A DNA stretch of 64,000 bases. It comes from Azolla caroliniana (taxonomy: Eukaryota > Plantae > Polypodiophyta). How positions within the stretch are numbered: position 1 is the stretch's first letter; every line of letters begins with the position of its first letter. The DNA lies in the NCBI GenBank assembly GCA_043228905.1, contig JBHGNT010000010.1, positions 5,394,001 to 5,458,000 on the forward strand. The letters are read 5' to 3'. The notes beneath the pieces were generated by a model that had not been told where the DNA came from, did not search any database, and saw nothing but the letters and a program-made list of their open reading frames with translations. The translations under genes and the position numbers were made by a program. Below, one piece after another: positions 38,025 through 50,477 of the stretch.

Positions 38025-41000
38025 TGTCGTGAAGAATTTCGTCCAGACGCGGAAACCGGGAAATATTGGCTACATCGGCAGGGTGCAACATGTGCACTCA
38101 CCCTCATGTAATTGTGTGAATAATAGGAGTCAAGTCGGGACAAAGAATCCCATGTAAATCGGGATTTATCCCACATTGTAACGCATCCCTCTCCTTGTTC
38201 TATAAAAGGAAGGGATGGTCCCTTGTAGAGGGGTTGCCCATTTTGTGTTAGAGGGTATACCGTTAGATTTAGGGTTAGTTCTTCTACTTCTTCTTCCTCT
38301 TCTTCGCGGTGTGGGTGGACTGTAGAGGGCTATTTCTGCTCGGTCTCCTGTGCAAGACCCCGCTTTGCGTGACGAGCCCGAGAGCTCCCCGGAGGGCGGC
38401 TTGGCTGTAGACTGCTGTTGTAACCTACCCTAGCTTGGTCCGGCTCGAAGCTGGGGTTGTATTCTTTCCCTTGTAATACATACTTTTGCGTCTAACTGTG
38501 TATATTTGTGTCTCTGTTGGTGTCGGGTGCTTCCCCTTTCCTGCGTTCCTGCACATAAGGGCGTGAGTCGGGTCGGCGCGCGTGTGTGTGCGCGTGTGCG
38601 TGAGTCGGTGTCAAGCGCGCGCTCCCACTCTGTCTCCCTCTCTTTCTCTATCTCATTTGGTTGCTTCCGGTGTGCTCCTAGGGTGCCCCGGAAACGGTGA
38701 AGCATGACTTCCTGCGCTCCGTCGCTCCCTAGTCCAGGACCCTTGTGGTCCCGCCTTTCTACACGCACGCGTGTAACAATGCGACATATTTGGTGAACCC
38801 GACATGAAAGGTGGCAAGGGAGGATGGAGCTGGAATATGATGACCTTGCAGAGATGGTGGCCCAAGTGGTGTTGGAGTCTACACGAGTGGTGATGAGGCG
38901 AGAAGTAGCGCAACAATCTATTGAACGAGTGGTCGAAAGAGTCGGCCGTTTCAATGGGTCGAGGTCCCATTTTACTTGGAAGCCTACAACGCGGAAATGG
39001 AAGTGCGTGGCGTAGACGAGGCGTTGAGGCTAGAGTTCTTCTGTCGGGTCGTAGCTGTCCGGATGCATGCGGAAGTAAAGGAGCTCCGTGAGGCTCATAG
39101 TTCGTGGGAGGCCTTCGAAGAGGTGCTCTTGAAGGCATACAGAGGGCGGCCGAAAGGCCGGGGAAGGCGTGACTTCGACCAATGGATATCGTCGGCAAAG
39201 ACCCACCGGGGTGGATCAAAGGCATTCCGAGAGTTCGAGCGACGACTTGCTCGGCTTCCGGAGCGGGAACAAGGTTTGGTGGGGGCGGACAAAGTCCTAT
39301 TGTTCGTCAGGTCGATCAACCGAGCGGAACGGGAGGCCATCGGGATTGAGCTCGAAGACGACGACGGAGCGAATGGGCTTACGGAGGACTGGTTGAAGGT
39401 CGGAAGGGTGTGCCAACGGCTAGATAACGAGCGAGCTGAGAAGACTAAGAGGAAGGGGCGCGACGGCGTGCCATCACAGCGGGAAGAGGCCAAACGACAA
39501 AGAGAGTCGGCAAGGGTCGGCGTTGGGGCCAGGATTGCGGAGGCGTACGCAGCTCTTGAGGCGATGCTTGAGGAAGAGGAAAGATTGAGGCCGCAAGCCA
39601 AGACTGAGGAGACGGACTTGCCCCACGCGATGGCGGAAGATTGGTACGACGGTACCATGGGAGAGGGTTTGGAACAAAACGCCCTCTCGACTTGTGGAGA
39701 TAGAACGGCTGAGGACGAGGCCGAGATACCGATCGCGGGATCAGAACATTGGAACCAGCGGTGTTGGACGTGTCAGCCTGAAACCCCGATCATAGGAGAA
39801 GCAAGCCCAGACGGGGCTTGCACGATCGGCAAGGAGATCGAGGAAGAGAAGGCGGCAAGCGTAATCGAGGCTTGCGCAATCGGAGGCGGGGTAGCCGCGG
39901 ACAACGACGTCCGGACGGAAGAGGCTAATGACACAAAGGGTGGGGGTGCCGGGTCCTTACCCACACTGGCCCTAGAGGCTCCGACGGTCGGCCCGAGTGC
40001 CGGCGTGAGACCTAGAGCGACGGGCGGTTGCGGTGGCAAGGCGGGCAACCGAGACGAGAACCACGAAGAGCCGGTGGCTACGGACAAGGGCGTAAAATGG
40101 ACGGGCGATTCTTTGTGTCTTCCCACACTTGCTCCCGAGACGATGGCAGTCGGGCCCGAGTGCCCACGTGAGTCCCAAGAGGAGGAAGGCGGCGGCGAGA
40201 GAACAAGAATCACCGGCGAGACGATACGGGGAAGGAGCTGATGAAAGCCCATGGACCCGATTCCGGAGAACTCGGCATTCGGGCCCGTATGCCCATGAAA
40301 GACCGAGGAGATGGATGGCGGTACTGAGGAGTCCTGGCACGATGCCAACGAAGATGGATGGGAGATGGCCAGCGAAAAGGTCGACGAGGAGACCAAGGAA
40401 CAACCCGACCGGGAACCGAACCACGCGACGCTCCGATACGGGTGGAGCTTGATCCGGTTGTGGATTGTTCGATCGGGGCCGGATTCGGCATAAAGGTGCC
40501 GATACGGGAGACGGTGCGGGACGGGCCGCCCTCTTTTACATGGGGAGAAAGACCGACCGGGCGAAGGTTGGGAATGGAAGGAGGGTAATCAGAGGTTCGG
40601 AACGAGTCTGGCAAAGTCGGCATCGGAGAATCAAGCTCAGGCGGGGCTTGATTGATCACAGGGCGGATGCTATCCACCGACACCACTAAAAGGGGCGGTG
40701 GCCCGGACGAGTTGCGAAATCGGTTACGCCGCATCCTATCCAGAGACTTCGGCTGTTTGGCCGACAGGGCAACGTAAGACCGAAAGAGATGGAAGATCGA
40801 GGCGGGAACGCAGCAAGGAGAGCGACGACGAGTTCGGGAGAAGTACAGGAGAATGAAGGCCGGTACTATGGAGTTCCTTACACCGATCCAGTTGTCAGCC
40901 CGAGTGCTAGCGTGAGTCCTATAGGAGAGATCGGTGGCGACAGGAGAACGGGACCCGACAATCCAGAGAATGACGGACGGACCCAGACGAGAACCGGGCG

Positions 41001-43676
41001 GAGTGGACTTCCAGAAAACCATTCCAGGAGGGAGCAAGAGAGCAGGCCTACGAAGAGGCCAGGAACACGGTACGTCGGTACCACAGGAGAGGGTGTGGAG
41101 CGAGCCACCCTCTCGACTTGCGAAAGAAGGAAGACCCAGGATAAGGGTCAAAGATACAACGAGCCTGAGGAGGATCCTTCACACCGGATCCGGAGACTCT
41201 GGCGGTCGGCCCGAGAGCCGGCGTGAGACCTAGAGTGACGATCGGTGGCAGCGAGGGGACGAAGGCAAAGACCGCGGATGGGCAGTCCCACGAAGATCCT
41301 CACAACGATCCGACAGTCCTATAGGAGAGATCGGTGGCGGCAGGTGAACGTGATCGGACGACAGAAGCAGAGAAAGAAGGTATGAGGCCGGCAAGGCGGC
41401 TACGAACCATCTCAAGCCCTTCGGCAAGGTCAGTGGGCGTAAGGAAGTCTGGTCCTACGGGATCCCCACACTGAACCAGAGACTCCGGCAATTCGACCAA
41501 CGTGGCAACATGAGACCGAGAGAGAAGGTTGGTGGCGGCGGGAAACGGGACCTGGCTACGCGGAAGACACGAGGAGAGTCGCGAAGGACTCCGACAAAAG
41601 GCACCCGAATTTCGGCAAGCGGAGAAACGAAGTCCGGTCCTATGGGACCCTCACACCGGTCCGGAGACTCTGGCAGCCGGCTAACAGGAGTCGGCGTGAG
41701 ACCTAGGGAGAAGGAAGGTGGCGGCAGGGAATGGGACCCGACGACATGAGATAACGGATCGGAAGTCGGTAAGACGGGGGCAGACGGAGTGCGAAACCCT
41801 TACTAGCTGGTTATGGTTTTGGGAGGAGCCAGTAGGGGCAAACACAGGGAGGTGTGTCGGGCCGGAAAGGCACACCTGGGGAGGAACAAGAGTCTCGCAA
41901 GTGGCCATCACGGGCAGGGTCGAAGCCTGACTACGGGACGGTGTTCAGCACGGGCGGTGCCGAACAAAGGAAGCGGAAGACGGCACAAGGGAGGTGACGG
42001 GAACGAGGTGACGGGTGCCTAGTGGACTGCACAGGGTCGGAGTCAGGGGATGTCAAGAGTGGCCGGAGGAGGATCCTCCACACTCGCTTCGTAGATCTCG
42101 GTAGCTCCGTTGAAGTATCGAAGACTGACATGGCAAGCCCGGGGTGACAAGCTAGTGGGGGTGAGGGGACGACGGAAAGTGGAAGATTGAGGACCTGTTG
42201 CAGCAGTGCAGAACGGGAAGGGCCAAACGGGCTACCACGGGTGTTCCTCGGAGGCGGAGGACACTGATATGCGGATGAGTGGCGATGCACGATCTGGCCG
42301 GGAAAGGGGCCGACAAGGCGTGCAATAAATCGGAGTACGGCACAAGCGGTGCCAAAAAACCGACGAGGGGATGCGGCACACAGAGGTGCCAGAGCGTAAA
42401 GGCGAGCGCGAAGATGGGTTGCGCAGTTCGGAGGTAGCGCGTAGAAGGCTAGAGAAGGATCCTCCACACCGTTCTGGAGACCATGGCGGTTCGAGCCGAC
42501 GCGGCAACGTAAGACCATGGAGAAGGAAGGTGGCGGCGAGAGGACGAAGGAAACGCGAAACAACATGGGACGACAATCAGGACAACACAAATGATCGATG
42601 GAAGCCAAGTGGGCCACTACGGGCGTTCCTCAAGTGGAGGACATCGGGCATACGACAGAGAACGGAGCGTGCATATGACCGAACAAGGGCCAACGGAAGT
42701 ACGCGTACTACGGAGATCGCGGAGAAGGACCCATCGACGGGTCGAACGAGCCTACAGAGAGGTAAGCGCGAAGGGAGAACCTAAGCCAACGGTTCAAACC
42801 GGCAGCGAGCCGAGATGCGGATTACGGAAGACCGGTTTCTCACCAACCGAAATCTCTCACCCTTCACCGGATTTGGCACGTACCAATGGACATGCGGTTA
42901 GGTGGGGGCGGATGTCGTGAAGAGTTTCGTCCAAAGGCGGAAACCAGGAAATATTGGCTACATCGGCGGGGTGCACCATGTGCACTCACCCTCATGTAAT
43001 TGTGTGAATAATAGGAGTCAAGTCGGGACGAAGAATCCCATGTCAATTGGGATTTATCCCACATTGTAACGCATCCCTCTCCTTGTTCTATAAAAGGAAG
43101 GGATGGTCCCTTGTACAGGGGTTGCCCATTTTGTGTTAGAGGGTATACCGTTAGATTTAGGGTTAGTTCTTCTACTTCTTCTTCCTCTTCTTTGCGGTGT
43201 GGGTGGACTGTGGAGGGCTGTTTTTGCTCGGTCTCCTGTGCAAGACCCCACTCTGCGAGACGAGCCCGAGAGCTCCCCGGACGGCGGCTTGGCTGCAGAC
43301 TGCTGTTGTAACCTACCCTAGCTTGGTCCGTCTCGAAGCTGGGGTTGTATTCTTTCCCTTGTAATACATACTTTTGCGTCTGTCTGTGTATATTTGTGTC
43401 TTTGTTGGTGTCGGGTGCTTCCCCTTTCCTACGTTCCTGCACATAAGGGCGTGAGTCAGGTCGGCGTGTGTGTGTGTGTGTGCGCGTGCGTGAGTCGGTG
43501 TCAAATGCGCGCTCCCTCTCTGTCTCCCTCTCTTTCTCTCTCTCGTTCGGTTGCTTCCGGTGTGCTCCTGGGGTGCCCCGGAAACGGTGAAGCACGACTT
43601 CCTGCGCTCCGTCACTCCTTAGTCCAGGACCCCTGTGGTCCGACCTTTCTACACGCACGCGCGTAACAATGCGACA
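38025..43676 (+). mobile_element. Element C: non-autonomous gag-only gypsy-type LTR element nested in the G integrase
   Basis: LTRs 38025..38786 and 42913..43676; PBS TGGTGAACCCGACATGAA (tRNA-Trp); PPT AGGTGGGGGCGGA; gag-like ORFs 38824..40241; no RT, RNase H or integrase motifs. Left flank ACGT, right flank TGTG (TSD not intact). Confidence 0.88.
38976..40241 (+). CDS. Gag-related ORF of element C with acidic low-complexity extension (frameshifted from the upstream start at ~38824)
   Basis: GRFNG...LEAYNAEM matches the G gag remnant GRFNGKDATSYLEAYRAEM; 421-codon ORF. Confidence 0.55.
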   Translation: MEAYNAEMEVRGVDEALRLEFFCRVVAVRMHAEVKELREAHSSWEAFEEVLLKAYRGRPKGRGRRDFDQWISSAKTHRGGSKAFREFERRLARLPEREQGLVGADKVLLFVRSINRAEREAIGIELEDDDGANGLTEDWLKVGRVCQRLDNERAEKTKRKGRDGVPSQREEAKRQRESARVGVGARIAEAYAALEAMLEEEERLRPQAKTEETDLPHAMAEDWYDGTMGEGLEQNALSTCGDRTAEDEAEIPIAGSEHWNQRCWTCQPETPIIGEASPDGACTIGKEIEEEKAASVIEACAIGGGVAADNDVRTEEANDTKGGGAGSLPTLALEAPTVGPSAGVRPRATGGCGGKAGNRDENHEEPVATDKGVKWTGDSLCLPTLAPETMAVGPECPRESQEEEGGGERTRITGETIRGRS

Positions 43677-43688
43677 TGTGGTGCACGT

Positions 43689-44300
43689 TGTTAGGAATAT
43701 GTCCCTCCTATGGGAGGAGATGACTGGTCGGGCCGAGATTCAACAGTCAAAGGCAAAGGGGGGTCGACATGGAGAGTCGAATGTATACAAAGTGATCCAT
43801 GTCGAAGATACGACTGACTAGCTGGGCCGGCCAGATGGTTGAAGATAAGACCGACCAGTCGGGCCAACTGGACAACCAACAAAGGAGTCGGCTAGTCGAC
43901 CAGTCGGTTGATTAACTATTATCGCTATAATAGTAATGACAGTAGCAGTGGTTACATTTGTAAATAGCCCATACATTGTGCGTAGAATAGAATAAATGTG
44001 AGCCTCTATTGTATAGCGATAGAGAAGAGAATGCGTGAGAGAGAGAGAGCAGTAGTAAAGTTCAGAGAACTTGCTAAGAACCCTAAGCGGGCTATCCTCT
44101 GTGTGCATCAGAGAGGACTGTAACCATTTTCTTTATTCTCTTGTATCTATGTGAATCTTTGCTTCTCTCGTGTTTTTCCCGTTTAGCGTTTTTACACTAA
44201 ACTTTGTGTATCGTGTATTTTCTATTTTCTTTCATTCCAGCAATATTGTCCATCGCACAGTCGGTCTTTCTCATGCGGTAGAAGTGAATGAATCTCAACA
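43689..44300 (+). mobile_element. Copia-type solo LTR
   Basis: TGTTAGGAATATGTCCC...ATCTCAACA; flanks CACGT/CACCT (5-bp TSD, one mismatch). Confidence 0.75.
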
Positions 44301-46429
44301 CACCTGACACACATCACGATACATTCCCAACCACTAGTACTTCTCCTTTAGCTTCTCAAATGTTTCCCACATGCCCCGGTGTCTGGATCAGGGGCTTTCA
44401 TGGAATTTTGATACTAGCATCGACTGGTCCATCTTTTTCGTCACCACCTAGAGTGTTTTGCTGGTCCGTTTCTTCGGATGCCGTCAAACTTTCATGCCTC
44501 GTAGGAAGAACCGACATACCTTCTTCCAGATCTGGCTCTCTTCTTCCTTAGTCCACGATGGGTCCGGTGCCATTGTGGTTAGGAACCTTACAGTTACAAA
44601 CCACTCCTTGTTGTGGTCGTTCTCGTTGAACTCGCTAAGGGACGGAGTGCCTCATCTGTTCGTCGACATTGAAGCCGACTCGAAGAAGTCCATGTAGACT
44701 TTTTCGTCCTCCGATACCATGTCGTCCTCATTGTTGAACCATGCTCTCGATAACATGTCGGCCATGGCGTTGTCTTTTCCGGAGATGTGCCATATCTCCG
44801 GATTCAAGGACTTTATGTATGTGATCCACCTAAGCATTGTTAGGTCTGGAGTCACACACCCAGAAACCATACCGAGAATCGTCAAGCAATCCGTCTCGAT
44901 TATCGCTTCTACCTCGATCAAATAATCCTTATCAACCTTAACTGCCGAAACGATACCCCAAAGGTCGCGCTTAACCTAGGCGTGTCCTCATTACCGCTTG
45001 CTTAGCACCTTTGCACTGAACTGGATGGGGAACCGTGTGCCGGCCTCACCCTCATGATTGATTACGCATCCAATTCTGATCCGACTCGTGTCGACCATCA
45101 CGTAAACCAGAGTGTCCACCTTGTATACTGCTTTCCGGAGAGCCAGTGCCGCCATCAACATCTCCTTCAGTCTCTGAACCGCCTCTGTGTGCTCTCTTGT
45201 CCATTCAAACTTCCTCCCTTTCTTCAATAAGCCGTAGAGTGGCTCGGCGATGCACACATAATGTGGGATCCATATGTGGTAGAAGGCGCACGCTCTTAGG
45301 AATCGTCAAACTTCTGTGACTTACTTGCACTCTTCCTTCATTGCTGAGATGACCTCTACCTTCGCCGGAGACAGTTTCCGGCCGTATGCACTGTAGTGGT
45401 GGTCGACCACCAAGACCTCCGATTGTCCGAACGTTGACTTCTCCCTGAAGAAGGTGAGCCGAGTTCCTTCGAGCCTCTCCAATACCTTCTCACAATCGGC
45501 AATACCTTCTTCATGTCCTTCGGACATCCTTTGATCTGGATGTCATCCAAAAACGACATGGAGATGTCCGGGATGCAGTCCCTCAGGAATCAACACCTTG
45601 TTCATCGCATTCACCATGTGCGCCACCGAGTTGGTACCTCCCTGAGGTAGGGTAAACTTTCGAACTAAGCTGAGAGGGGTCTACATCGTCGTAATATCCC
45701 TACTCTCCATGGCTAGCTGGAACTGGTCATACCCAAAGTATAAGTCATCGACTGAGTATATTGGCCTTTTGACGAAGGCCTCTGCAAATGCATCGATTGT
45801 CGGCCCAACCCCTACATTTCGAATCGTCAGTTTATTGACGGGTTGCAAGTCTTGGATGAAGCGTAGCATGCCATTCATTTTCTATATGGACTTCCTCCTT
45901 TAGTAGCTCCATCAATTTCAGGATGTGAGCTCTCGGAACCCGAATCGGTTTGAGATTCCATGGTATAGTTTACCGAATCAGTTTACTGTGAAGATCACCA
46001 TGGGTTCCACGATTGTCGGGTCGACACACCCGATCTCCTCTGGCGAGAATGCAAAGGTCTTCCCATGCCTCTCGAGCCTTCTCCGAAACCGGTCCTCCTT
46101 CGGCATTACGAAGCCACCGCCACCGATCTTCAACTTCCGTAGCGTCTTGTTGGTGAAATTGTGCCCTATGCCAGCCGGATCTCGCAAGCTCGGGTCATTC
46201 GCGACCCCCTTCATTTGCTCCCAGCTGTCCTCTGGTGAGGGAGTTGCAACTAGCCTCACCTTCCCATGCACAGTCTTATACTTCGTGTCGACTCGGGCAA
46301 TCCAGCCCGGACCGACCATTCTTTCGAAGTCCACGATGAATTCGTACATTTCGATGGAATCAACCAGAATCATCCGGTCTTCGTTTAGGCCTGCGTCAAT
46401 CACCCTCTCGATCTCTCCGAGGGTGTCAT

Positions 46430-47203
46430 TGAACGAGACTGACTACACGACACCCTAAAGCTCTTCTATCGCGCGGGTCCTTCTGTGGATAAATCGTTGC
46501 GGAATATAAATCACAATGAAGGAACTATGCGCTGAAATACGAATCACAGAAAATGCCAGAAAAACAAGACACACAGTGCACAAAGATTTACGTGGAAACC
46601 CTAAAACGGGGAAAAACCATGAGTGAATAGATTCTTTAGTATAGTATAGTGGATATACAATACAGAGAGGAATACAATACTCTGACGAGTGTATCTGCCG
46701 CACATGGCTCTTCGCGTCTGCTGTTACACACACAACTATGGCGGGCCTCTCCTTCTCTCTCACACACACTCTGTCCAACTAACTCACACAATTTCTTACT
46801 GTTCTAACTAAATTCATCACATAACATGTTTGCCCTAGTTGCATATATACTTACGCAACTTTCTGGTTATTTACATACGTAGCCCTCATGGGGTGTACTC
46901 TTAGACTATTTACAATTATAGTCTCCCAAGTTGGTTATATACACGATTCCGGTTTCGGCCTCGGCCGAGTCCCTCATCAACTCAGCTGCTCTCTCTCCCC
47001 ATTCGAGAGACCTGTTTCCCAACATCATCATCATCATCATTATTATTACTATAATAATAATAGTTGAATCTTCAAAATAGTCGACTCACTATTTTCGACT
47101 CTTCGACTGTCGGCTTTCCGAACAATCGGATCTTCCCTGTCATTGACCGTCGGCTTTCCGATTAGTCGGTTCTTCCTCCCACTAGAGGGACATATTCCCA
47201 ACA
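46430..47203 (-). mobile_element. Copia-type solo LTR (~46430..47024) abutting a truncated second LTR (~47025..47203) related to the 43689 LTR
   Basis: Minus-strand starts TGTTGGGAAACAGG (47024) and TGTTGGGAATATGTCCC (47203); interrupts G pol next to the protease; no clean TSD, suggesting a later deletion. Confidence 0.6.
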
Positions 47204-47738
47204 CCTCCTTGTAGAAGTCCATCGACATCAAATTTACCTCTGATCTGTGGTCGATCAATGCCACCACAGGCTTCAACACATCACCGATTTGGACCGGTGT
47301 CTCTGTCGTAGCCCTTGCCCAATGTTCTTCCTTGGTCACCACCTCGTTGATATGGGCCGCTTTTACCTCGACCGGCTTCTCTGGCTCCGGCTCCGACGAA
47401 AGTCGCATTCTTTTCACGAGGTCGACAATAGAATCATGGAACTCCTTCCTAGCTATCCCAAGCACCTTCCTCAGGGTGAGTTCCACCTGGTTGTCGAGGA
47501 TTTGTTCCTCTAAGAGCTTCCGCAGGTCCGTCGCTCCCTCTATCTCCAAGATCAACCAGAATCATGGAATCTTAGCCTTCTCCTGTGAGCCAGCTTGGCC
47601 CGCCACTTTTCCTTGAACCTCTCCAAGTCTCATACCGGTTGGAGGGACCAACCCCTCCGGCCTTTCCGGCCCGTTTGTCTTTGTTAAGTAATTAGGTAAT
47701 TAACTAGGGTTAATTAGAGACTAATTATATGGTTACGT

Positions 47739-50350
47739 TGTCGCGTTGTTACGCGCGTGCGTGTAGAAGGGGCGGGACCACGGGGGTCTTGGACTAGGGA
47801 GTAGAGGAGAAAGGTTAAGACAACGAATGGAAGGTTAGCTCATAGCTCAAGAGGAGAAGAGAACGAATATGACATTATGATAGAAGAAGAAGAAGAAGAT
47901 GAAGATGAAGAAGATGGAGTCAAGATACTCAACGAAAAGTTCTATTAAGAAAACATAAATGCTTTACAATGGTGGCCACCATGGCCGCACCAAACGACTA
48001 TAAGAAAACCCTAAAGGAAAACCCAAGAAGAAAACCTTAACCAAAACCCTAAAACCGAATAGGAAACTCTCGACCTAAGTGGTAACGCTCTCTCCCTCAA
48101 AATAGGCAACCCCTCATAAGTGACCCCTCCCTTCCTTTTATAGCCCAAGGAGGGAGGGACCTTACAATGTGGGAAAAAATTTCCCCTCTCTTTCTATACA
48201 CCATATCCTAGTTTACATGTGCACATGTAGCACACCACCGACTTGGCCTTCCCACCCCGGTTTCCGCCTACAGACGAAAATCTTCACGACATCCACCCCC
48301 ACCAAACCGCACATCCACCGGTATGTGCCAAGAAAGGAAAAGGGTGAGAGATTTCGGCGACGGTGATCAACCGGGTCTTTCGCCTTACCGGCACCCAACT
48401 GTCTTGCCGGTTCCTTGCCGGCGCCAATCCGTCTTGTTGGCACCTTACCGGCCCCAACCCGTCAGCTCCATCCGATCCACCACGTCCACCGTGTGTCCCT
48501 GAACCGACGGCTCCATCCGAACCGCCATATCCACCACACGCGCCTTCCTCCCCGGTTGGTCCTCCCGAATGCCATTGCCGATCCGGTCACTCTTTCTTTG
48601 TCCGCCACGTAGGTCCTTCGATTAGGCCCTTGGTCACCCCGTTTGCTCGCCAGATTCTGCCCCTCGCATACTGCTTGTGTTCTATCGCTGGCTCGATCCT
48701 CCCTTCGTCTCGAACACCTCGTGCCGATTCCCTCCGTTTCACGCTCACCTTCCGTAGGCTCTTTCCGTGGGCCCTTGTTGTCTCCTGAACATGCACCCGT
48801 TCTTCGGTCCCTCGATGACCTCATTACACGCTCCTCGCTTCTCCATTGTGCGCCGTGCTCTCTCGCCGTAGAGCGTACTGTCATCTCAACCACCATGTCA
48901 GTGTCCTTCGCGACTCCCGTTACCGCTTCTTCCTGTCTCTCGTCCTCTTGGCCCGCTTGGCCTCGCATGCCTTCCGGGACGCCGTGCTTCCGTAGGCCGT
49001 TGCTCTCTACACACCTCCTCCGGTTCTCAAGACATAGCCTTCCATGCTCGCCGATCATCCTCGTGCTTTTCGTTCGGCCCTTACGTGGCCAGATCACACG
49101 TCTCGCACTCCGCTCCGCTCTGCGTACCCTTTCGAAAAGGTAAGTTGCTTCCCCGACATCCGTGTCGGTGCTCTTGTCTTCGGTGTCCTCCGCAACCTCC
49201 GATGTTGCCGCTTCGCCCCGAGGTACACCCTCTTGGTCCGCCTTGCATGTCCTCCGGATGCGCTCCGGATCTCTCCGGTCGCACTCCGGTTTCCGCCCTT
49301 TGCGTGCCGCTCCTTTGGTTTTATCGTCTCCGCATGTCGAACACCTCGGTGTGTCGACTCTTCCCGCTCCGCGCTTGCCTTCCGTAGGCTCTTCCCATGT
49401 GTCGATGTTGTCCCCCGAATATGCGCCAATTCTTTGGCCCTTAGGCGGCCCCATTCCGCATTCCTTGCCTCTCCTTTGCCCGTCGTGCTCTCTCGTCGTA
49501 GAGCGTACCATCATCCCGACGTCCGTGTCGGTGTCCCTCGAGGCTCTCGTTACCACCTCGCCTCGACTTGCGCCTTCTTGGCCCGCCTGGCCCACTCGGT
49601 CGCACACATCCTTTGGGATGCCCCGTTTTCTCTTCACGGTACGTGACCCTCCGTTCTCCACGCATCCCCTCCATTTTCCCAGACATAGTCCTTCGTTCAT
49701 GCTGATCACGCTCGTCTCGATCCGTCGATCTTGGCGTCTCGTCGCACCGTCCGTCATCCCACGCTTGCCTCTCGAAGGCTTCCTCCGACCGTCATCGTCA
49801 GTCACTTGTTGCGGCTCCTCTGAATGCACGCTTGCTTCTTGGCCCTTCGCCGGCCGTAGTGCATGCTCCATTTTACGCCGTAGTGCATACTTCGTATTAC
49901 GCGCCTCATCCACTGTAGACCCAACCTCCGCGTCGGTCTCTTCGTCCTTTGTTGCCGTAGCCCCTTCCGACTCCGGCTTGCCATCTGGGCCGTGCTCGTC
50001 CGTCTTCACGCACCGGGTACCCATTCCGGTAGCCTCGTCCGTTCCGGTCTCCGACTCCTCGCCATCACCCGCTGTCTCTTCGGTCTTATGTTGATCCACA
50101 ACCGCCGAAGTCTCAAGAATAGGTGTGGAGGGTTTCCCTTGCTCTCGGTCTTCCGCCAACCCGTAATCACCATGCCCGGTTAGCCTCCTTCTCACGCTCA
50201 CCGGCTCCCACCGCGTGTTGTGGCTCATACGCCTCGGCCTCCAATCATGCCGACTTAGCCTTCGCCTGGATCGGTCTCGGCCGATCGAGTTCCGGTTTGG
50301 TCGACCTCCTTCCGTAACCGTAATCGGCTGGTACATGTTTGTCCGCACCA
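47739..50350 (-). mobile_element. Element D: 3' half of a non-autonomous gypsy-type element inserted in the E 3' LTR
   Basis: LTR 47739..48291 with termini like those of C; PPT complement TCCACCCCCACC; left flank ACGT; GC-rich internal region fused to E integrase at ~50350. Confidence 0.8.
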
Positions 50351-50477
50351 AGACGGCCGTGGATGCCGCTTCCGCCCAATAGAAGTTCGGCATGTGCTTC
50401 TCACGCATCATGATGCGTGCTACCTCGAGTATTTGCCGATTCTTTCTCTCGGCTACTCCGTTTTGTTGGGGAGTGTG

